Shown piece after piece: positions 1 through 14,175 of a stretch of DNA of 64,000 nucleotides (its first letter is position 1; each line of letters begins with the position of its first letter). The position numbers and the translations under genes are program-made. The stretch comes from Octopus vulgaris (taxonomy: Eukaryota). The stretch is from positions 18,166,001 through 18,230,000 of the forward strand of contig OX597819.1 in the NCBI GenBank assembly GCA_951406725.2. The letters are read 5' to 3'. The notes under the pieces were generated by a model. It was not told the origin of the DNA, did no database searches, and saw only the letters and a program-made list of their open reading frames with translations.

Positions 1-167
1 CTGTAAATATCTGTACAACTGTCCAGTAGATTATCATTTAAGTATATATGAACATGTCTAGATACGCAAAAAAATGAGAATACATACATAATACAAAACA
101 TACAAATCTTCATATATACATATATACATACATGTCTACATATATTTATATATATATATACACACGC

Positions 168-252
<85 letters not shown>

Positions 253-354
253 CATACGAAAATACCCTGTTGTTGATGTTGAAGTTCCAACGAAGGCTTT
301 TAGGTTAGAAACCGACTCTTCTCTATTGGCAAGAAATCTTGAAATAAAACTGAA

Positions 355-423
<69 letters not shown>

Positions 424-779
424 TGTACTCATTGTTCCTGAACTTAAAAATATATTTTTGTCGTGTAGTAAATAATGCTAACGAAGGCTCTGCACCAAAA
501 CTGCCCAGTTCAGCCCTACATAACTATAGAACCTGTCATTCCAGAGAATGAGATGTTGCAGAGTGAATTCCATATGATCATGTTGGAAAAACAGTGTAAC
601 CGTAATTTCTGTGAGCCATAGAGCAAAGTAAGATCCTTATTAGCAACGAAGATGTAAGCTGAAAATGGGACATAAAACGATGTCCTTCGTCTCGCATATC
701 GTCTATAAGAATTGAAAATAACTTCGATCGCTTGGTCAGAATGAAACACTTGAGGGCAATTGAAAAAATATAAGCTGAA

Positions 780-2700
780 AGTTGAGCATAAATTCACCGA
801 TGAGAGGAGGAACTACTGTTTATTGATCAAGAAAAAATATTTAAGAATTAATTTAGTATCACTAGAGAATAAAAAAATACGAGAATAATTAGAATTCATA
901 AAATAACAATGCAAACTCACGTAAACGAATGAAAAGATGGATTCACCAGAATACACTAAATATAAAATGCCTAAAAGAAAAAAAACTAGAGATACAGCTT
1001 ACGACAAAAATGACAAGAAATCGAGTGAATGTCTCTAGAAAACCTGATTCAAATTACACCATGGAGTCAGAAAAAATCCACGAGCTGAATAGACACAGGG
1101 AGAAAATACAAACACATTAAGGAGGATAATAACTATGAAAGGTCCCCGCAGATAGGAGCTTTGGAATGAATACCTAGCCACAACACAGAATATATTCTGG
1201 TCTCCTCTGAAAAGAAATAATTGAAATAAAAACAAACATGACACGAGAATAAACAGAGTAAACAATGATGAAGTAATAAACAAAATGGAGTGAGAAGTGA
1301 CTATTAAAAGATCAATCACTATTGATGAACGAAACACCTTGCCAAGCGAAGAATAATCAAACAACTCTACTAAATAATACTGAAATAAATCCAAGCCCTC
1401 GACGTAATGTATTGTTGTTGTTGTTGTTGTCTGTAAAGAGCCGTTCTTGACACAGAACCGGAACTTAATTTATTCAGTAACCATGGTATTTGCGAGTAAA
1501 ACTTGACTCAAAGCTCATAGCGTAAGTCAATTTTCCTCCCAGGCACAAGAAAAAAAAAATTTCCAGTGGAAATATATATACAATACAATAAAAAGCCTAA
1601 CCATTTTCAGTGAAATAGAAACGGAGACAGCTAATAAGGAAAAGAAATGAAAAACGAATAACCATTCAGGAAATGCAGTATTGGATAAAGAGGAGAGATT
1701 ATCGAAGTGAAAGAAAAAATTAAAACAACTCACGCTGGCAAATATAGGCTGGATAAAACGATTTGAAAGACGTGAGTGGTTCTTGCATCAAAATCACGTA
1801 CCTGAAACAAAATACTAAAACAATTTCAGTGAGACGCCAAAAAGATAATAAAACACAAAAATAAATGAAACATCATAGCGGAATCTTCACTAACAACAAT
1901 AAAACATCTATGATATTAGGGGAATATATGGAACCAAAATATGCACAATGGATAAGGAAAGATAAATCAATAATAACCCTACAGGTTAACCGAGCATAAC
2001 TACTAGAAGCTTTATCAACACAATCAGTACTGCTATTAACCTAGAAATGACCGAAGAACCGATTTCCAGTTTAAGAACGTATCCGCTGCATACATAAATT
2101 CTGCTGCCGCAGAATTTAATGAATTTCTCAACACACGAGAATTCAACAAACGACAGGTTACTATAAAACAAAACAATGTTTATTTGCGGAAAGGAGTACG
2201 CTAGGAATCTCAAAAAATAGCATCTAAATAGTTATTTTACAATAAAATTATATAATGAAGACATTCTATACATACTCTACAATATGTCTGTTGATCTGTT
2301 TATCATCTGTAAGATAATACTGTATTACAGTAGATGGAAATCTGATATGGATTTAGAAAGAAATGGATGGCTACAATGAACAGCTATTGGTAAATCAAGC
2401 ATTTAGTGAATACCGGAAAAAATAATGAAAACTAATCATTGATTTTAGTAAATAATAAATAAATGAATAAAATGATAACTTGCTACACAGTTGGATATTT
2501 GATAAGAGATAGATTATTGGCAAAAACCTGGCTGTTCCATCAACCTCTTCGTTGAGAAAAAAACGGAGGATTTCAAAACTACTGCTGGATACTAGTTGAT
2601 AAACATAAGGATTTAAATTGAAAAAGTTTCATTTCATAGCAATATTTCCGTCTAATTCCACGAAAAAACAAAATCGCCATTACTTATACATTATATAAAA
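780..2700 (+). mobile_element. Highly decayed R4/Dong-like LINE relic (5'/central part)
   Basis: A-rich + strand. Short translated patches are colinear with the element at 34250-38166: IDERNTLP (~1320) vs MDERDTLP, and IKQLTLANIGWIKRFERREWFLHQN (~1720-1795) vs IKQKVSAKAARIARYEKRVRFFKEN. Many stops; boundaries approximate. Confidence 0.55.
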
Positions 2701-2936
2701 AGAAACTATAAAGCATGTCACCTACATAAATGACTTTGAACTTTAAACAAGAATCAATACATAAATTCTATAAGTCGAAACCTACTGCAAGTAAAATATT
2801 GAGCAATAGAAAAATATATTTTTTATTTTCATATAATAATTTTGGCAAAGGAGCTTTTCGATGGAATTCACTGCAGTATTCGGACAGCACAAAAGGACCT
2901 TCAAGTACGAAAGTCAAATTTTAACTCAAGGACAGT

Positions 2937-3014
2937 TTAAACCCAACGGCCGCTGGTATCAGAGTACACAGCGCAAGGCATCGTTTTCAGAGCCTCTATT
3001 TGTTGTTCTGTTGC
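2937..3014 (-). CDS. Candidate terminal coding exon (ATEQQIEALKTMPCAVYSDTSGRWV* in phase 0)
   Basis: T-rich acceptor ttttatttttattgatgcag on the minus strand followed by a short open frame to TAA. No homology recognised and the phase is unknown. Confidence 0.25.
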   Translation of the reverse strand, partial: ATEQQIEALKTMPCAVYSDTSGRWV

Positions 3015-5052
3015 CTGCATCAATAAAAATAAAACTTAATATGGAACAGGTATCTGTTGAGTATCGTCAGTTAATGATCAGTTAATGATAGGTTAATGAT
3101 CAGGCATGCAAATCTATAAAAGAACAGCCAAGATTTAGAAAAGGAACCGGATATAAAATTCCCCAAAATTCTTGATACATTGTATGTGAATACTACCTTA
3201 AAGCTGTTTTATTTAGTGAACACACACAGACACACACATACACACACATGCACACACATACATAGACACACATACACACACAAACCCGCAAACATATTGC
3301 GTGTGTGTACAAGAAAGAGAAAGAGCGAGAGGGAGAGAGAGAGAGAAATGAAGAGGAAGGAAAAGAAAGATGCACGGGCATTTTGGCAGAAATATAGTCA
3401 TTCCTCTAATGGTGTTTTTGAACCCCAGAATGTGCCTAGCGCCTCTGCTGATGACGAGGACTACAATGATGTATGAAGTGAATATCGCAATGAATACCAA
3501 AATAAATATTGCAATGTATTCTGTGAAATGTTCTAAAACTTTCTCCAAAAGAATCCTCTTTACTGTTACGTTCCTTTTATTAGAGCCTAAAGGATTAAAG
3601 TCAAAAGGATTTTAAGTGAGAACGTAAAGAACTACAGATGATGCAAGTCAACTTGCCCAACATCTACAATTTACTTCAGTCCAATGCTCTGAGCTCGAAT
3701 TAAGCAAGGAAAAAATGGTTGCTCTAGGGAGTTTCAACTCTGAGTAGAAGGAATCACAACAAATAGAAATATGGGTTCTCTCAACCTGTGTAACGAAGGC
3801 ACCCATTCGGAATTTTACGGAATTGTCATGTTACATCGTTCATCTTACAATGGACTCGATCGTGGGTAATCAGTGTGCTAAATATGAACACAAATTATGT
3901 CTAAAATAATTATAAGATCCCCATTCATACAGAGAAAGGTTAAAGTCGCCTATAATTGACTGGTGCTTTTTACGTTATCGTCTCCGGAAGGATGAAGATT
4001 ACAAATCACTACGTTGGTGTTTGAAAGGCTGATTGTATGGCGAGAGAGTTTAGATGCCGCAAAACAAATATTCCGTTGTTCTATTTTGCTAAACCATGGC
4101 CATAAATAGTAGCAACGATATTAATAATTGCATTAATAATATGACATAAATCGAATTTGTTTGGTCTATATTTGGCAGCTGAAGGATTCATTGATACGAT
4201 GCATTCGACCTTATAGCAGCAAGTAAAATTGGCAGGATTTTCAGTGGAAACTGGTGTAGATGTCATATTAATATTTTATATTAAACAATATTAACGATTA
4301 AATAAACAGGCACTATCCATCAAACACTCCCTTCCGTATTTAGTCAGTCTTTGTTTCGATGCTTTATACTTCTTTGCGCACGCGCAAACACATTTACACA
4401 CACACACACACACTCACACACACTTGCACACACACACACACACACTTGCACACACACTCACAAATTATATTGTTGATTATGTACTTGCTTAAAATTTTCT
4501 GCATTTTGCGAGTCAGTGTAAGACTTTGTACTCGAAATATAAAATCGGGATAATCCAGGTAACTATTGTCTAGTAACCATTGTCTCCACAGAAGAAAAAA
4601 TATGTCTTATTTGTCTTTCGTTCCGCATGATTTCAGAATTCATCCTTCTAGTTGTTTCTATGTCGTTGCAATCTCAGTAACATGCTTATCAGACGATGCC
4701 GCTCTGTTTTCACTTTTGTTCTTCCCAAATAAATGTTTCTTCTTTCGGTGACTTTTGTTTCATAAGCGTATGATGCATATAATTATAATTAGTATCTTAT
4801 TGAAAGAAGCAGAATAATATTGATTACTTGAATACTAATTTCCTATTCTAATAAATTGTTCCTCAAACAATGAGCCGCGAGATATATATGGATGCCCTGA
4901 GGTTTAAGAACATAAATTTTGGCTTTAGAATATCCATAATTTTACATTCGAAGAATTCACTGAAATTGTGAAGAATATTCTGGTACTGAAAAGTTGCTGG
5001 CAGCGATGAAGTGCGAAGGTGTTTTACGATGCCCGGTGCAGGAAACGCATAC

Positions 5053-5154
5053 GGCGTTGTATTTCTTCCTCATGAAGCCAAGATTGCAAAAGCATTGTAA
5101 GGTAACCACAGCAAACCACTTCCACAATATAAGCAATAAAGCCATAAAGTCCAC
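5053..5154 (-). CDS. Candidate exon 3 of minus-strand SAPS-like gene (GLYGFIAYIVEVVCCGYLTMLLQSWLHEEEIQR)
   Basis: Acceptor tattttacag at 5155-5164. Phase-1 start matches the phase-1 end of the 17697 exon (G|GT=Gly). Ends either at donor C|gtatgc (5052) or at the in-frame TAA at 5024. Confidence 0.55.
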
Positions 5155-6531
5155 CTGTAAAATAGTAAATAGGAATATACAGTCCGTGATCATCACCGCG
5201 GTATTTCTTTGTAATTAGAGGGAAAATTATTGCCAAGGCCGAACTTAGTGGAGATCTTCAATGAATCCCGTGAAACAACTTCTTATAGTTTTTAGTCTTG
5301 TTATCGTTAGTTAAACACTAGAATGCAAATTTGTATCACTTCACAATTTTCGTTTATATTACAACATAGACATGTAAAAGCATAATTCTAAGGGTCTATG
5401 TTTTGTCCAATATTGTTTCTTCCCGTGTTTTATGGATATCTTTGCACCTTTTAAAAAATTGAATGCGAATATCGTTAATACAACCCTCTCCTTAATACAA
5501 CTTTCAAAGAAGAGCCAATTGCAAGATTCAGTTTCGAACTGATGACAACATTTTTCAACATTCAATGACTCCATTCTAAAATATAGAAATCAGAACTGTT
5601 TATGAGTAAATTGCACTTTGCGACCCATTTTTACCCATTCACTTAAAGTTGTTTAAAGAGGTGTAGCATATTTGTCTGTTGCTGCAAACGACTGTAGTTT
5701 TACAATTCACGTGAATAATATGCATTTTTAACCAATCCAGAATTAGGAGTAAATGCATCTCAAATAATCCTGAAATCTATATTAATAGGTATGTGCAAAA
5801 AATGGTAAAGGATTGCGGCCACATAATATATATAACATATACACCTACAATGAATCTCGATTACTCCATAAGATTAGGCAAAACTATATGTTGCTCTTGA
5901 CAAGTTGACAAATCGGCTTCCGAATGATTCGGATGTTGGATGATATACACAATGTCAAGCATATATAAATCAATGTTGCCTAGTATAGCGATGTATGGTG
6001 TAGAATTATAGTCCGTATATTATAAGCAGATAAGGAGACTCAAAAGTTTCCATCCGCAATGTCACAAATTCTGTAAAGTCGTGCGAATACAAAATGGCTG
6101 TCATGCTATACAACCAATGTTATACAGAGATTGCTAAAAAGATATTAACTTGGAAGAGGGAGTCAGATATCTTGAGTACAAAACACTTATGTTCGAAAAC
6201 CAGTTTCATCTGGTCATCTTGCTTCTGGTTATCTTCTGCTTAAGCAATATCAATGTGATATAAAACCTCTCTGAAGCGAACCTAAAGTGTCATTATAAGC
6301 GAGGATGAGTTTTCCTTGAAAGATTCAGAATATAGCTTTGTGTAGTGGAGATTTCTCAGCATTCAGGTAACAGATGTCTTTGATCCAACAAGTACCGAGT
6401 CACCTCTATAGAGAAGAAATAAGCAGAGCCAAATACAATGCTCTGCAACGTCTTTCTTCTCGATCACTGTACTCGCGCTTCTATAGTATTGACAAATCTA
6501 TTTGTTACGAGAAGAAACGACGTGCTAGCAG

Positions 6532-7655
6532 TATTAGGCTTTCATACTAAAGTTTATTACGGAGAAACCTCAAAAACTTAAGCCATCACTGCATTCGTAA
6601 ATAAAATAGATTTGTCGTATGCTAGTTGAAAGTAGACATCTGCCCAATTTTACACAGAAAAATGATGACCATCAGACGACGCCATTTCAAACCTAATTTA
6701 ATCCTAAATAGGTTAGCCTACGTTTTACTGACGAGAGAAGCTACGTCATTATCTGCGTCGATACGTTTATGTCTAAATCAGGAAAAAGGATTTGCATATT
6801 TCACATATATTCAACGGCTGCCTTCCTTGGATGAGAGCTTGGTTGGTGAACAGGTCTTCCTCCACGAATGATCCACGATCAGCGGCGTTTAACGTTATGG
6901 TAAGGAATCCACTTCTCATCACTTGTATCATGCCTTCCTAAAAATGGTTCCTTAAGGTGTTGTGAAAGCAATGACGGACAACAAACAACAGGCTGTTGCA
7001 GAGTATCTTGAGACAGTTCGTGCGAGACCAGTTTTCCAAATCCTAAGACCTTTTCGATCCTTTTCAGTTGGCGTAGAACTGTCGTATAGGCTACTTTAAA
7101 CTGTTCTGCAAGTTCTCTACAATTAACGGTTGGATTTTCCGTGACAACAGCCTCCAACTGTTCGGAATCAAGTTGTTTTGAACGACCTTCTTTTGGCTCG
7201 TCTCTCAAATGCAAATCTCGTCTTCTGAAGCGAGAAAAGAATCTCCTGGAATATCTTTTTCACTTACTACATCATCCCCCAAAACGTTCTGAAGTCACGT
7301 TGCGGCTGTGCTTGCAATGACACCTTTACGGAACTCATAGATGAAGACATGTCTAACGTGACCTTTAGATGGGACGAACATGGGTGCGAATATAGGAGAA
7401 GTTGAGGGCCAATACAATGAGAATCTGAAAGAAATTGTTTAACTCATTGTGACATTCTTAAAACATTGCAAAACAAAAAAAAAAAACGCAGGAGTGGCTG
7501 TGTGGTAAGTAGCTTGTTTACCAACCACATGGTTCCGGGTTCATTCCCACTGCGTGGCACCTTGGGTAAGTGTATTCTACTATAGCCTCGGGCCGACAAA
7601 AGCCTTGTGAGTGGATTTGGTACACGGAAACTGAAAGAAGCCTGTCGTATATATG

Positions 7656-7690
<35 letters not shown>

Positions 7691-7956
7691 ATGTTTGTGT
7701 GTCCGTGTTTGTCCCCCTAGCATTGCTTGACAACCGATGCTGGCGTGTTTATGTCCCCGTTACTTAGTGGCTCGGCCAAAAAGACCGATAGAATAAGTAC
7801 TGGGCTTACAAAGAATAAATCCCGGGGTCAAGTTGCTCGATTAAAGGCGGTGCTCCAGCATGGCCGCAGTCAAATGACTGAAACAAGTAAAAGAGTAAAA
7901 GAGTAATCTAAACTGTTTCCTAAGAAATGGGCCTTTACTTTCGCACCAACCTGATA
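6532..7956 (-). mobile_element. Decayed mariner DNA transposon interrupted by a SINE
   Basis: ORF 6879-7214 has mariner motifs (GR..LD, RELAE, LVSHEL ~ WVPHEL, SDEKW ~ GDEKW). Mariner-type TIR plus TA (tactttcgcaccaacctgata) ends at 7956. Left end uncertain. Confidence 0.85.
7487..7906 (+). mobile_element. tRNA-derived SINE with internal (TA)/(TG) microsatellite (family A)
   Basis: Pol III box A gtggctgtgtggt and box B ggttcattccc, then ggcaccttgggtaagtg core and gactgaaacaagtaaaagag tail. Closely similar copies at 59531, 55072 and 14775. Confidence 0.9.
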
Positions 7957-8109
7957 CATACACAAACATATCAACAAATTTTAATTCAAAACAACGGAAC
8001 AATTAGAGACAAACATATTCAACGAGAGACTCAGGTATAAAGGAGACCGCACGTGAATATAACCTAGATCTTGATCAACGCCATCCTTATCATTATTGTT
8101 AATTGTCTC

Positions 8110-8352
8110 ACAACCAACGTCACCACACCCAACAACAACAACAACATCATTATCACCATCATCGTCATCATCGTCGCTATCACCGTCATGGCCTTCGCCA
8201 TCATCGCCTTCGTCGACATCACCTACGTTGTCGTTGCTTTCACTATCGTCATCTTCGACGTCATCGCCTTCGCCTTCGCCGTCAGCATCGCCGTCAGCAT
8301 CGCCGTCAGCATCGCCGTCAGCATCGCATTCTTCGTCAGCGTCGTCGTAGTC
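8110..8352. repeat. Degenerate (ATC/GTC)-triplet low-complexity tract with 12-bp unit gccgtcagcatc x4
   Basis: Triplet periodicity read directly; four tandem gccgtcagcatc units at 8278-8325. Confidence 0.8.
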
Positions 8353-8522
8353 GGAAATATTTCCAGGACTATCATAATGTATATATAGGTATTTATAATT
8401 ATAGGTCAATTTTCTCAGGAAGAAATAATCGTCAGAAAGATATACATATATATGTGTGTGTGTGTGTGTGCGTAAGTATGTGTGTGAGTGGGTATGTGTG
8501 TGTGAATGTGTCTGTGTCTGTT

Positions 8523-8612
<90 letters not shown>

Positions 8613-8666
8613 TATATATGTCATATATGTATATGTGTGTGTGTAGTATACGTACATATACACATC

Positions 8667-8714
<48 letters not shown>

Positions 8715-8759
8715 TATACTTATGTGTGCGTTTGGACGCGTATGTGTAGTATTTATGTG

Positions 8760-8861
<102 letters not shown>

Positions 8862-9792
8862 CGTCTCATTTTGCGTGTGTACGTTTGTATATAACACATG
8901 ACTAAGCAATATACTCAGAAAAGAGATTAAAACAAAGAAATTTAAAATAAAAAAGAAAACGGTAGTGTGTGTGTATATACCTATGTGTGTGTGTGTGTGG
9001 GGCCTGTACGTGTGCGTGCGTATATGTATGTGTGGGGGTGGATGGCTGATCAGTTGGTTTGTAAATCATTGAAATACAGACAATGAGATAAATATAACTA
9101 AGCGGGTTAGGGTGAGAGAGATGTGTGTTATTGGCATTGACTATTCTCGAATATAGGGGAATCTAATTGAAATTCAGATGAAGCGACACTGTATAGTCTA
9201 TTTTCTACTCTCCGCCATCTCATTTATACACTATTCAACAGTCAGCTTCTTGTTTTGTGTAGGTATAAAGAAAATTCATTAAACGAGAAGATAATCAAAT
9301 AAGCAATTCATAATTTATTATGTAGGCCTTGTTGCTGCTACGTTTTCATGTTATTCTTGTTTTTAACCCTAATGATAATCTTCCTGCTAATGACGGTGTT
9401 GTTGAAGTTGTGTAGGCTTGTGTCGAGCAAAAACTATGACAAACGATTCCAGCTGTGGCTTTGCTCTGATGATTTTCTTCGTAAATATATATTTATTAAG
9501 TCCTCGTTATACAAAGCGATCTCCCTTTCACGACTTATAAGCAATAATGTATGACTTTGCTAGTGTCTTAGCTGCTATTTTTAGCAAAATCGAACCACGT
9601 CGTCACCATTTCCTTAATAGGTTGCTTTGAAGATTTGTCAAGATTTGTCATTGATAGGCTGCTTCTGTCAGCATTTACTCCAGCAGAGACGTCATACCTT
9701 GGGTAATTCGTTGGACATACGGATGCGAAGGACAACGTTCAAGACTACATACGCATATACACACTTATCCACACATATACAGAGATAAATAC

Positions 9793-10085
9793 GATTGTGT
9801 GATCAAGAAACTCATTTTGTCGGCATGCGACTTTGGGGCTTCCAGCTGAGTCCCACTGCGCGGCACCTTGGTCATGTGTCAGCTACCATAATCCAGGGTC
9901 TACCCATGTATTGTGAGTTAATTTGATAGACGAAAACTGTACGGAAGCCCGTGGTATAAGTGCGTGATTTTCTATCTGTGTTTATCAACTCCGTCCCGTG
10001 CCACTTGACAACCGGCTTGTTTACTTTCCTGTCACTTAGCAATTCGGCAAACATTGTCCGATAGTCTACCACCAGATTTAAAACG
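9793..10085 (+). mobile_element. Degenerate family A SINE
   Basis: gtcccactgcgcggcaccttgg and gatagacgaaaactg segments match the 7487 copy. Confidence 0.65.
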
Positions 10086-10544
10086 AAAACAATAAAATCT
10101 ACATGCATTTACATACATATATACGTATATGCACGCATACATACATACTACAAGCACATACACAGGCACACATACACACACACATAATGACTGAGAATCA
10201 GGTGACCACACTGACAGATATTAATGTAATAAGTGTGTGAGATGTGTTCTGTGTTGGTCCATAACGAGGCTGAAGCTTGGCAGCCTTGCATTGTATGTCT
10301 GAAAGAACAATGTAGAGCGGAATTCGACTCATCTATATCTCAGCACTTGTTTGAAGCAGAAGATTTTATAGAAATCATAGTCTACTGCTGCTGCGAGTGG
10401 AGTTTAAATTTGTTTCGCCAAAAGTGAGCTCTGGTGAGCAAATATTTGGTGGAAGTCTTCTAAAAGGTTTTGTTTTTAAATTTTGCTTGAGGGGCTGTGT
10501 CTCAATTAATGTCCGACATAGCACGTGTCTCAAAGAGCAAATAA

Positions 10545-10680
10545 ATTCCGCTAAGGTCGACTTTACCTTTCATCCTTTAGAAGTCGATAAATTAAGTACC
10601 AGTTGCGTACTGGGATCGATCAAATCTACTGGTCCCCTGCCCCAAAATTTCAGGCCTGTTGCCTAGAATAGAAAGGAATA
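10545..10680 (+). mobile_element. Short SINE fragment (family B)
   Basis: aaattccgctaaggtcgactttacctttcatcc...gtcgataaattaagtaccagt, shared with the 53741 and 57680 copies. Confidence 0.75.
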
Positions 10681-11058
10681 TCGTAGAACAAATGTATTTA
10701 GATATAATCTACAGATAATCGGCGTTACAATCGCAAGTGATAGAATTTAAAATTTAAGGAGAGAAAATTGGGAGATATTCGGATGTAGCCTGAAAGACGA
10801 AGTGATTGTCAAACACAGGAAGTAAAATTTTTCCTGCGGTCCATGGTGAACATGGGGCACTGTTAAAGCTACAATTTAAGGGACTGAAAGTCATTGAAAG
10901 TGAGGCTCGTATTGTTAACCCGTAGACATGTTACCGGACTTGAGTTCGCAACAATTTTATGAAAGAGTCACGAGATTTCAGGAAATCTGTCACAAAATCT
11001 CAAGATTAATTAATCTACTGACCAAAATTAGCGTGCAGTAAGTTTAGTGAAGACGAAA

Positions 11059-11115
11059 ACAACAACAACAACGACGACGACGACGATACTACTACTACTA
11101 CTACTACTACTACTG

Positions 11116-11153
<38 letters not shown>

Positions 11154-11155
11154 GA

Positions 11156-11253
<98 letters not shown>

Positions 11254-11278
11254 ATACTAATAATAATAATAATAATAA
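11059..11278. repeat. Compound triplet microsatellite (AAC)(GAC)(ACT)n(AAT)n
   Basis: Direct reading. Confidence 0.95.
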
Positions 11279-11289
11279 CTTCTCTTGAG

Positions 11290-12560
11290 CCCAAAGATCA
11301 ACATCACCTCAAGGAACCTTATGACTGCCATTTAGGTATCGGCTGTTGCTGTAGTCCGATGTGGTGCAGCCATCCTGGAATGGACACAAGCGGACATTGA
11401 CGAACTCGATCGCACTACCTGAAAGGCAATGACGATGCATGGTGCCCTCCACCCTAAATCAAATTGACACAGGCTCTACATGAAGAGAGGTAAGAGTGGA
11501 CGTGGACCGATTAGCGTACGGGAGTGCATCAACAGTGGAAGGAGAAACATACAAGAATATATGGAAAACAGCAAAGAAGACATGCTACAGTTAGTGCTGA
11601 AGGAGTTAACAAAAATGAACTTAAGGGTGCTCATGAATTCCGAACAAGAACAGTCAACGGGAGAGAATAAACCTACTACTTACGGTGGAGAGTTCCACCG
11701 TAAAACCAACAGATTAAAAGACTAGAGAACTTCATGGAGGTGGCTCCAGAAAGGTGGCTCCAGAAAGGTGGCTCCAGAAAGGTGGCTCCAGAAAGGTAGC
11801 TTAAAAATGAATACGGAAAGCCTAATCATCGCGGCCCAGGACCAGGCATTGAATACCAACTCAGTGAAAAAGGATATATATAACTCAAGTGCATCGAACC
11901 TCTGCAGAATGTGTGGGAAGAGGGTTAAAAGTAAGACTCACATTGTTAGTGCTTGTGAAAGTCTTGCACAGAAAGAGTACAAGCGTAGACACGAGAAAGT
12001 AGCCCAAAGACTCCACTGGCTACAGTGCCGTAGCTATGGATATGAGGTTACGGGTGGGTAGTACCAACGTACAGCAGAAGTGATAATGGACGAAAAAGGG
12101 GAAGGCAAAAATCCTCTGGGACTTTGATTTCCAGACAGACAAACTGTTAGAGCACCGAAGGGAGGACAAACAAGTGTGCTTAATAATCGACGTAGCAGTG
12201 CCAGGAGATCTTCATTAAAGAAAGAGAAAAAGTTGATAAATATGGAGTCCTGAGAATTGAGATCGCTAAGATGTGGCAGCTGCGGGAGTTGAACATAATG
12301 TTTAACCCTATTATGATTGGAGCATCGGGTTCAATACTACCCATTCTGAAAAAAGCATACGAAAATCTTAGAAATACCCTACAATCTAGATTTATTGCAA
12401 AAGTCGGCATTACTTGGAACAGCATGGATATTGTGTAAAGTACTGTCTGTCTGAGGACCTTGTTGTGATTTGACAAACAGTACAAACCCCCAACAGACAC
12501 AATATTTTCAATCAACAACCTCACCATGTTGTATACCGTGCGAAGTTTATAATAATAGTA
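11290..12560 (+). mobile_element. 5'-truncated decayed R4/Dong LINE (older subfamily)
   Basis: RLYMKRGKSGRGP, ESLIIAAQDQAL, CRMC...HIVSAC zinc knuckle, YKRRHEKVA, LWDFDFQTD, IGASG. Flanked by AAT-type tracts. Internal 14-bp unit ggtggctccagaaa x4 at 11739-11794. Confidence 0.9.
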
Positions 12561-12569
12561 ACAATCATT

Positions 12570-12755
12570 TCAACTAAAGGCACGAGGCCTGAAATTTGGG
12601 AGGAAGGGACTAGTCGATTACATTGTCCCCATTGTTTCAATGGTACTTAATTTATCGACTCTGTAATGTTGAAAGGCAAAGTCGACGTCGCCGGAATCAG
12701 AATTCAGTACAAAAACACGGACGAAATACCGCTAAGCATTTTATCCGGCGTGTTA
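12570..12755 (-). mobile_element. Family B SINE
   Basis: Reverse complement of the family B core (tggtacttaatttatcgac...gaaaggcaaagtcgac...gacgaaataccgctaagcattt). Confidence 0.75.
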
Positions 12756-12756
<1 letters not shown>

Positions 12757-12795
<39 letters not shown>

Positions 12796-12891
12796 TTACT
12801 ATTACTACTGCTGCTGCTACTGCTACTGCTACTGCTGCTGCTGCTGCTACTACTACTACTACTACTACTAATGCTGCTGCTGCTGCTGCTG

Positions 12892-12957
<66 letters not shown>

Positions 12958-13098
12958 ATCAGACGGGTAGTCATAATGGGCTTCGTATATTTGTACTCCA
13001 GTGTCACTTTGATGGCATGCACCGCTCTCTTAATAATAATAATAATGATAATAATAATAATAGTAATAATAATAATAACAATAATAATAACAATAATG

Positions 13099-13158
<60 letters not shown>

Positions 13159-13190
13159 GTGATGATGATCATGGGGATTGTGATGATTAG
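12757..13190. repeat. Compound (ACT)/(GCT)/(AAT) microsatellite containing a 70-bp probable LINE 3'-tail fragment (12958-13030)
   Basis: The insert ggcttcgtatattt...cagtgtcactttgatggcatgcaccgctctct recurs at 25744-25826, also inside AAT tracts. Confidence 0.8.
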
Positions 13191-13723
13191 ATAATAGATA
13201 AAAGTAATAAGATCAGCAACGGGAGACTCAGGCAGCAATAAATTTGTTTTCTGGAACTTCCGTGATAAACTAAAAGGAAAATGGCACACTGTAGGCTGGG
13301 TGTTTCAGGTTTCTGGCAAGAAGAATGACCAATGCAAGGTAATGGATCTCGGATGCATTTTGATAGGAACGATAGCCGATTAAACAGAGTAAGCGGTAAA
13401 AATGTAAAAAAAGATGATTTTACCAACTTGAAGTATATAATCGTGGAAGCGATGCCAGAAGCTCACGATCCTGACAAATATTATTGAGGCCTTGGGAAAT
13501 GCGATGAATAATTTAAGAGTAAACCTTGGAGAACATTGATATTAAAATGTCAGATGGTGTACTGCAGAATAAATATTGATTAAGATAAAACAGTGGCAAA
13601 GAAACTGTAAAAGATAAATAATTATGAACACAGAAAGAAATGCGAGAAAATTAGAAAAACAAAAAGAACTTATGCCATTTTACAAGAAAGCATAGCATCA
13701 CCGAAAGCACATTTTGAGTAACG

Positions 13724-13764
<41 letters not shown>

Positions 13765-13767
<3 letters not shown>

Positions 13768-14175
13768 ACCTTGCAACCTGCTGCTACTACGCCATTCCAT
13801 TGGCGACAGCCGCCTGTACTACACGTGTCATCTCTACTGAAAAGGTAATCGCTTTCTACGCTGCTGATCAATTGTTTTTGTCCCATTTTGTCTCAAAATT
13901 GTTTTTATTCCTTACTGTTTCCAATTTTATCTTCGTCTCTTGTTTTCCTATTCGTCTCTGTTGTCACATTCTTTCCTTCTACCAAGGAAATCTAATGCCC
14001 ATAGCTTAGCTTTTCCTTGGGGCTGGCCGTTTTGGATCAAATCTCAGAATTAAACAGCCGAAATTTGCCATGATGAATCGGTTTCTGACTGAAGAATGAA
14101 GGCTCTGAATGACTGTCTGTTTTCCGTGTTCGTCATTTCGTGCAATTCACGTTCTTCATATATAAAGTTTTATTC
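13765..14175 (+). mobile_element. Probable Penelope-like terminal-repeat fragment next to (TA)n
   Basis: Begins at a TA tract and contains a stem closed by ...aaacagcc-GAAA. A related inverted copy lies at ~41433-41700. Confidence 0.4.

Noticed and set aside
7981-8409. Asp/Gly-rich 142-aa ORF (and His/Arg-rich or Ser/Pro-rich frames) resembling biomineral or acidic proteins
   Set aside because: Open in most frames because it is a degenerate ATC/GTC triplet tract; no convincing splice sites.
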